The notes under the pieces are model-generated. The model was not told the origin of the DNA, did not search any database, and saw only the letters and a list, made by a program, of their open reading frames with translations. A DNA stretch of 64,000 bases from Candidatus Thorarchaeota archaeon (lineage in GTDB: Archaea; Asgardarchaeota; Thorarchaeia; Thorarchaeales; Thorarchaeaceae): positions 161,528-225,527 of the forward strand of contig JACAEL010000014.1 in the NCBI GenBank assembly GCA_013388835.1, written 5' to 3'. This document shows, piece after piece, positions 63,776-64,000 of this stretch. The position numbers were made by a program, and so were the translations under genes. Numbering within the stretch: the first letter of the stretch is position 1; every line of letters begins with the position of its first letter.

Positions 63776-64000
63776 GTGGACGGACGATTTCTATCGATGT
63801 CAAGAAGGACCTCTTTGGGGCCAACGATGAGGCAGCCTCACAGAACGCTCAGGCATTCAGAAAGCATGGCATAAAGGCCATTGACATAATGGGGTCCGTG
63901 GGTACTGGCAAGACTCTGTTGATTGAGGGACTATGCGAGAGACTGCGTACCAAGTACCGCGTTCTCATGGTGGCCGGAGACCTTGCGACGACCATCGATG
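63772..64000 (+). CDS. hypB: HypB hydrogenase nickel-insertion GTPase, N-terminal fragment running off the right edge
   Basis: Manual translation gives MSGRTISIDVKKDLFGANDEAASQNAQAFRKHGIKAIDIMGSVGTGKTLLIEGLCERLRTKYRVLMVAGDLATTID. It shows a P-loop GSVGTGKT and the GD..T motif of HypB/UreG. Confidence 0.75.
   Translation, partial: MSGRTISIDVKKDLFGANDEAASQNAQAFRKHGIKAIDIMGSVGTGKTLLIEGLCERLRTKYRVLMVAGDLATTID

Overview
This is a gene-dense 64 kb stretch of an archaeal chromosome. All calls come from reading the ORF translations and the DNA by eye; no searches or statistics were run.

Archaeal housekeeping genes are present:
- TFB, a family-B DNA polymerase, and archaeosine synthesis (ArcS plus RaSEA)
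- DGGGP synthase, NurA-HerA-Mre11-Rad50, and FBP aldolase/phosphatase
- archaeal TIM, AspRS, ArgRS, TldD/PmbA and HypB

They sit beside a eukaryote-type ESCRT locus at 44.1-49.2 kb (Vps22/EAP30-like, Vps25, Vps4, Snf7-type ESCRT-III). That combination points to an Asgard archaeon. A Thor-like lineage is my guess, because no ubiquitin or UEV genes accompany ESCRT.

The most interesting signal is the architecture of that locus:
- The EAP30/Vps22-like protein carries an N-terminal segment resembling the Vps28 core, which would fuse ESCRT-I to ESCRT-II.
- The flanking 522-aa protein combines a B-box-like cross-brace zinc finger, a zinc ribbon, a coiled coil, a PH/GRAM (GLUE-like) domain and a C-terminal segment resembling the Vps23/Tsg101 steadiness box. 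It looks like a Vps23 analogue without a UEV domain.

Other points worth a second look:
- two adjacent tRNA-Arg genes, each with a non-canonical D-loop intron
- two decayed IS4/IS5-type transposase remnants bracketing a 1.5 kb cassette, including a membrane protein with a caspase/CHAT-like HG...SCHSAG dyad
- an operon of an MBL hydrolase plus two signal-less DUF11/CARDB-like beta-sandwich proteins
- a GIFT (IFT52/GldG-like) coiled-coil protein next to tandem GT-C-like membrane paralogues
- a longin-like protein beside TFB

No CRISPR array, rRNA or intact mobile element was seen.
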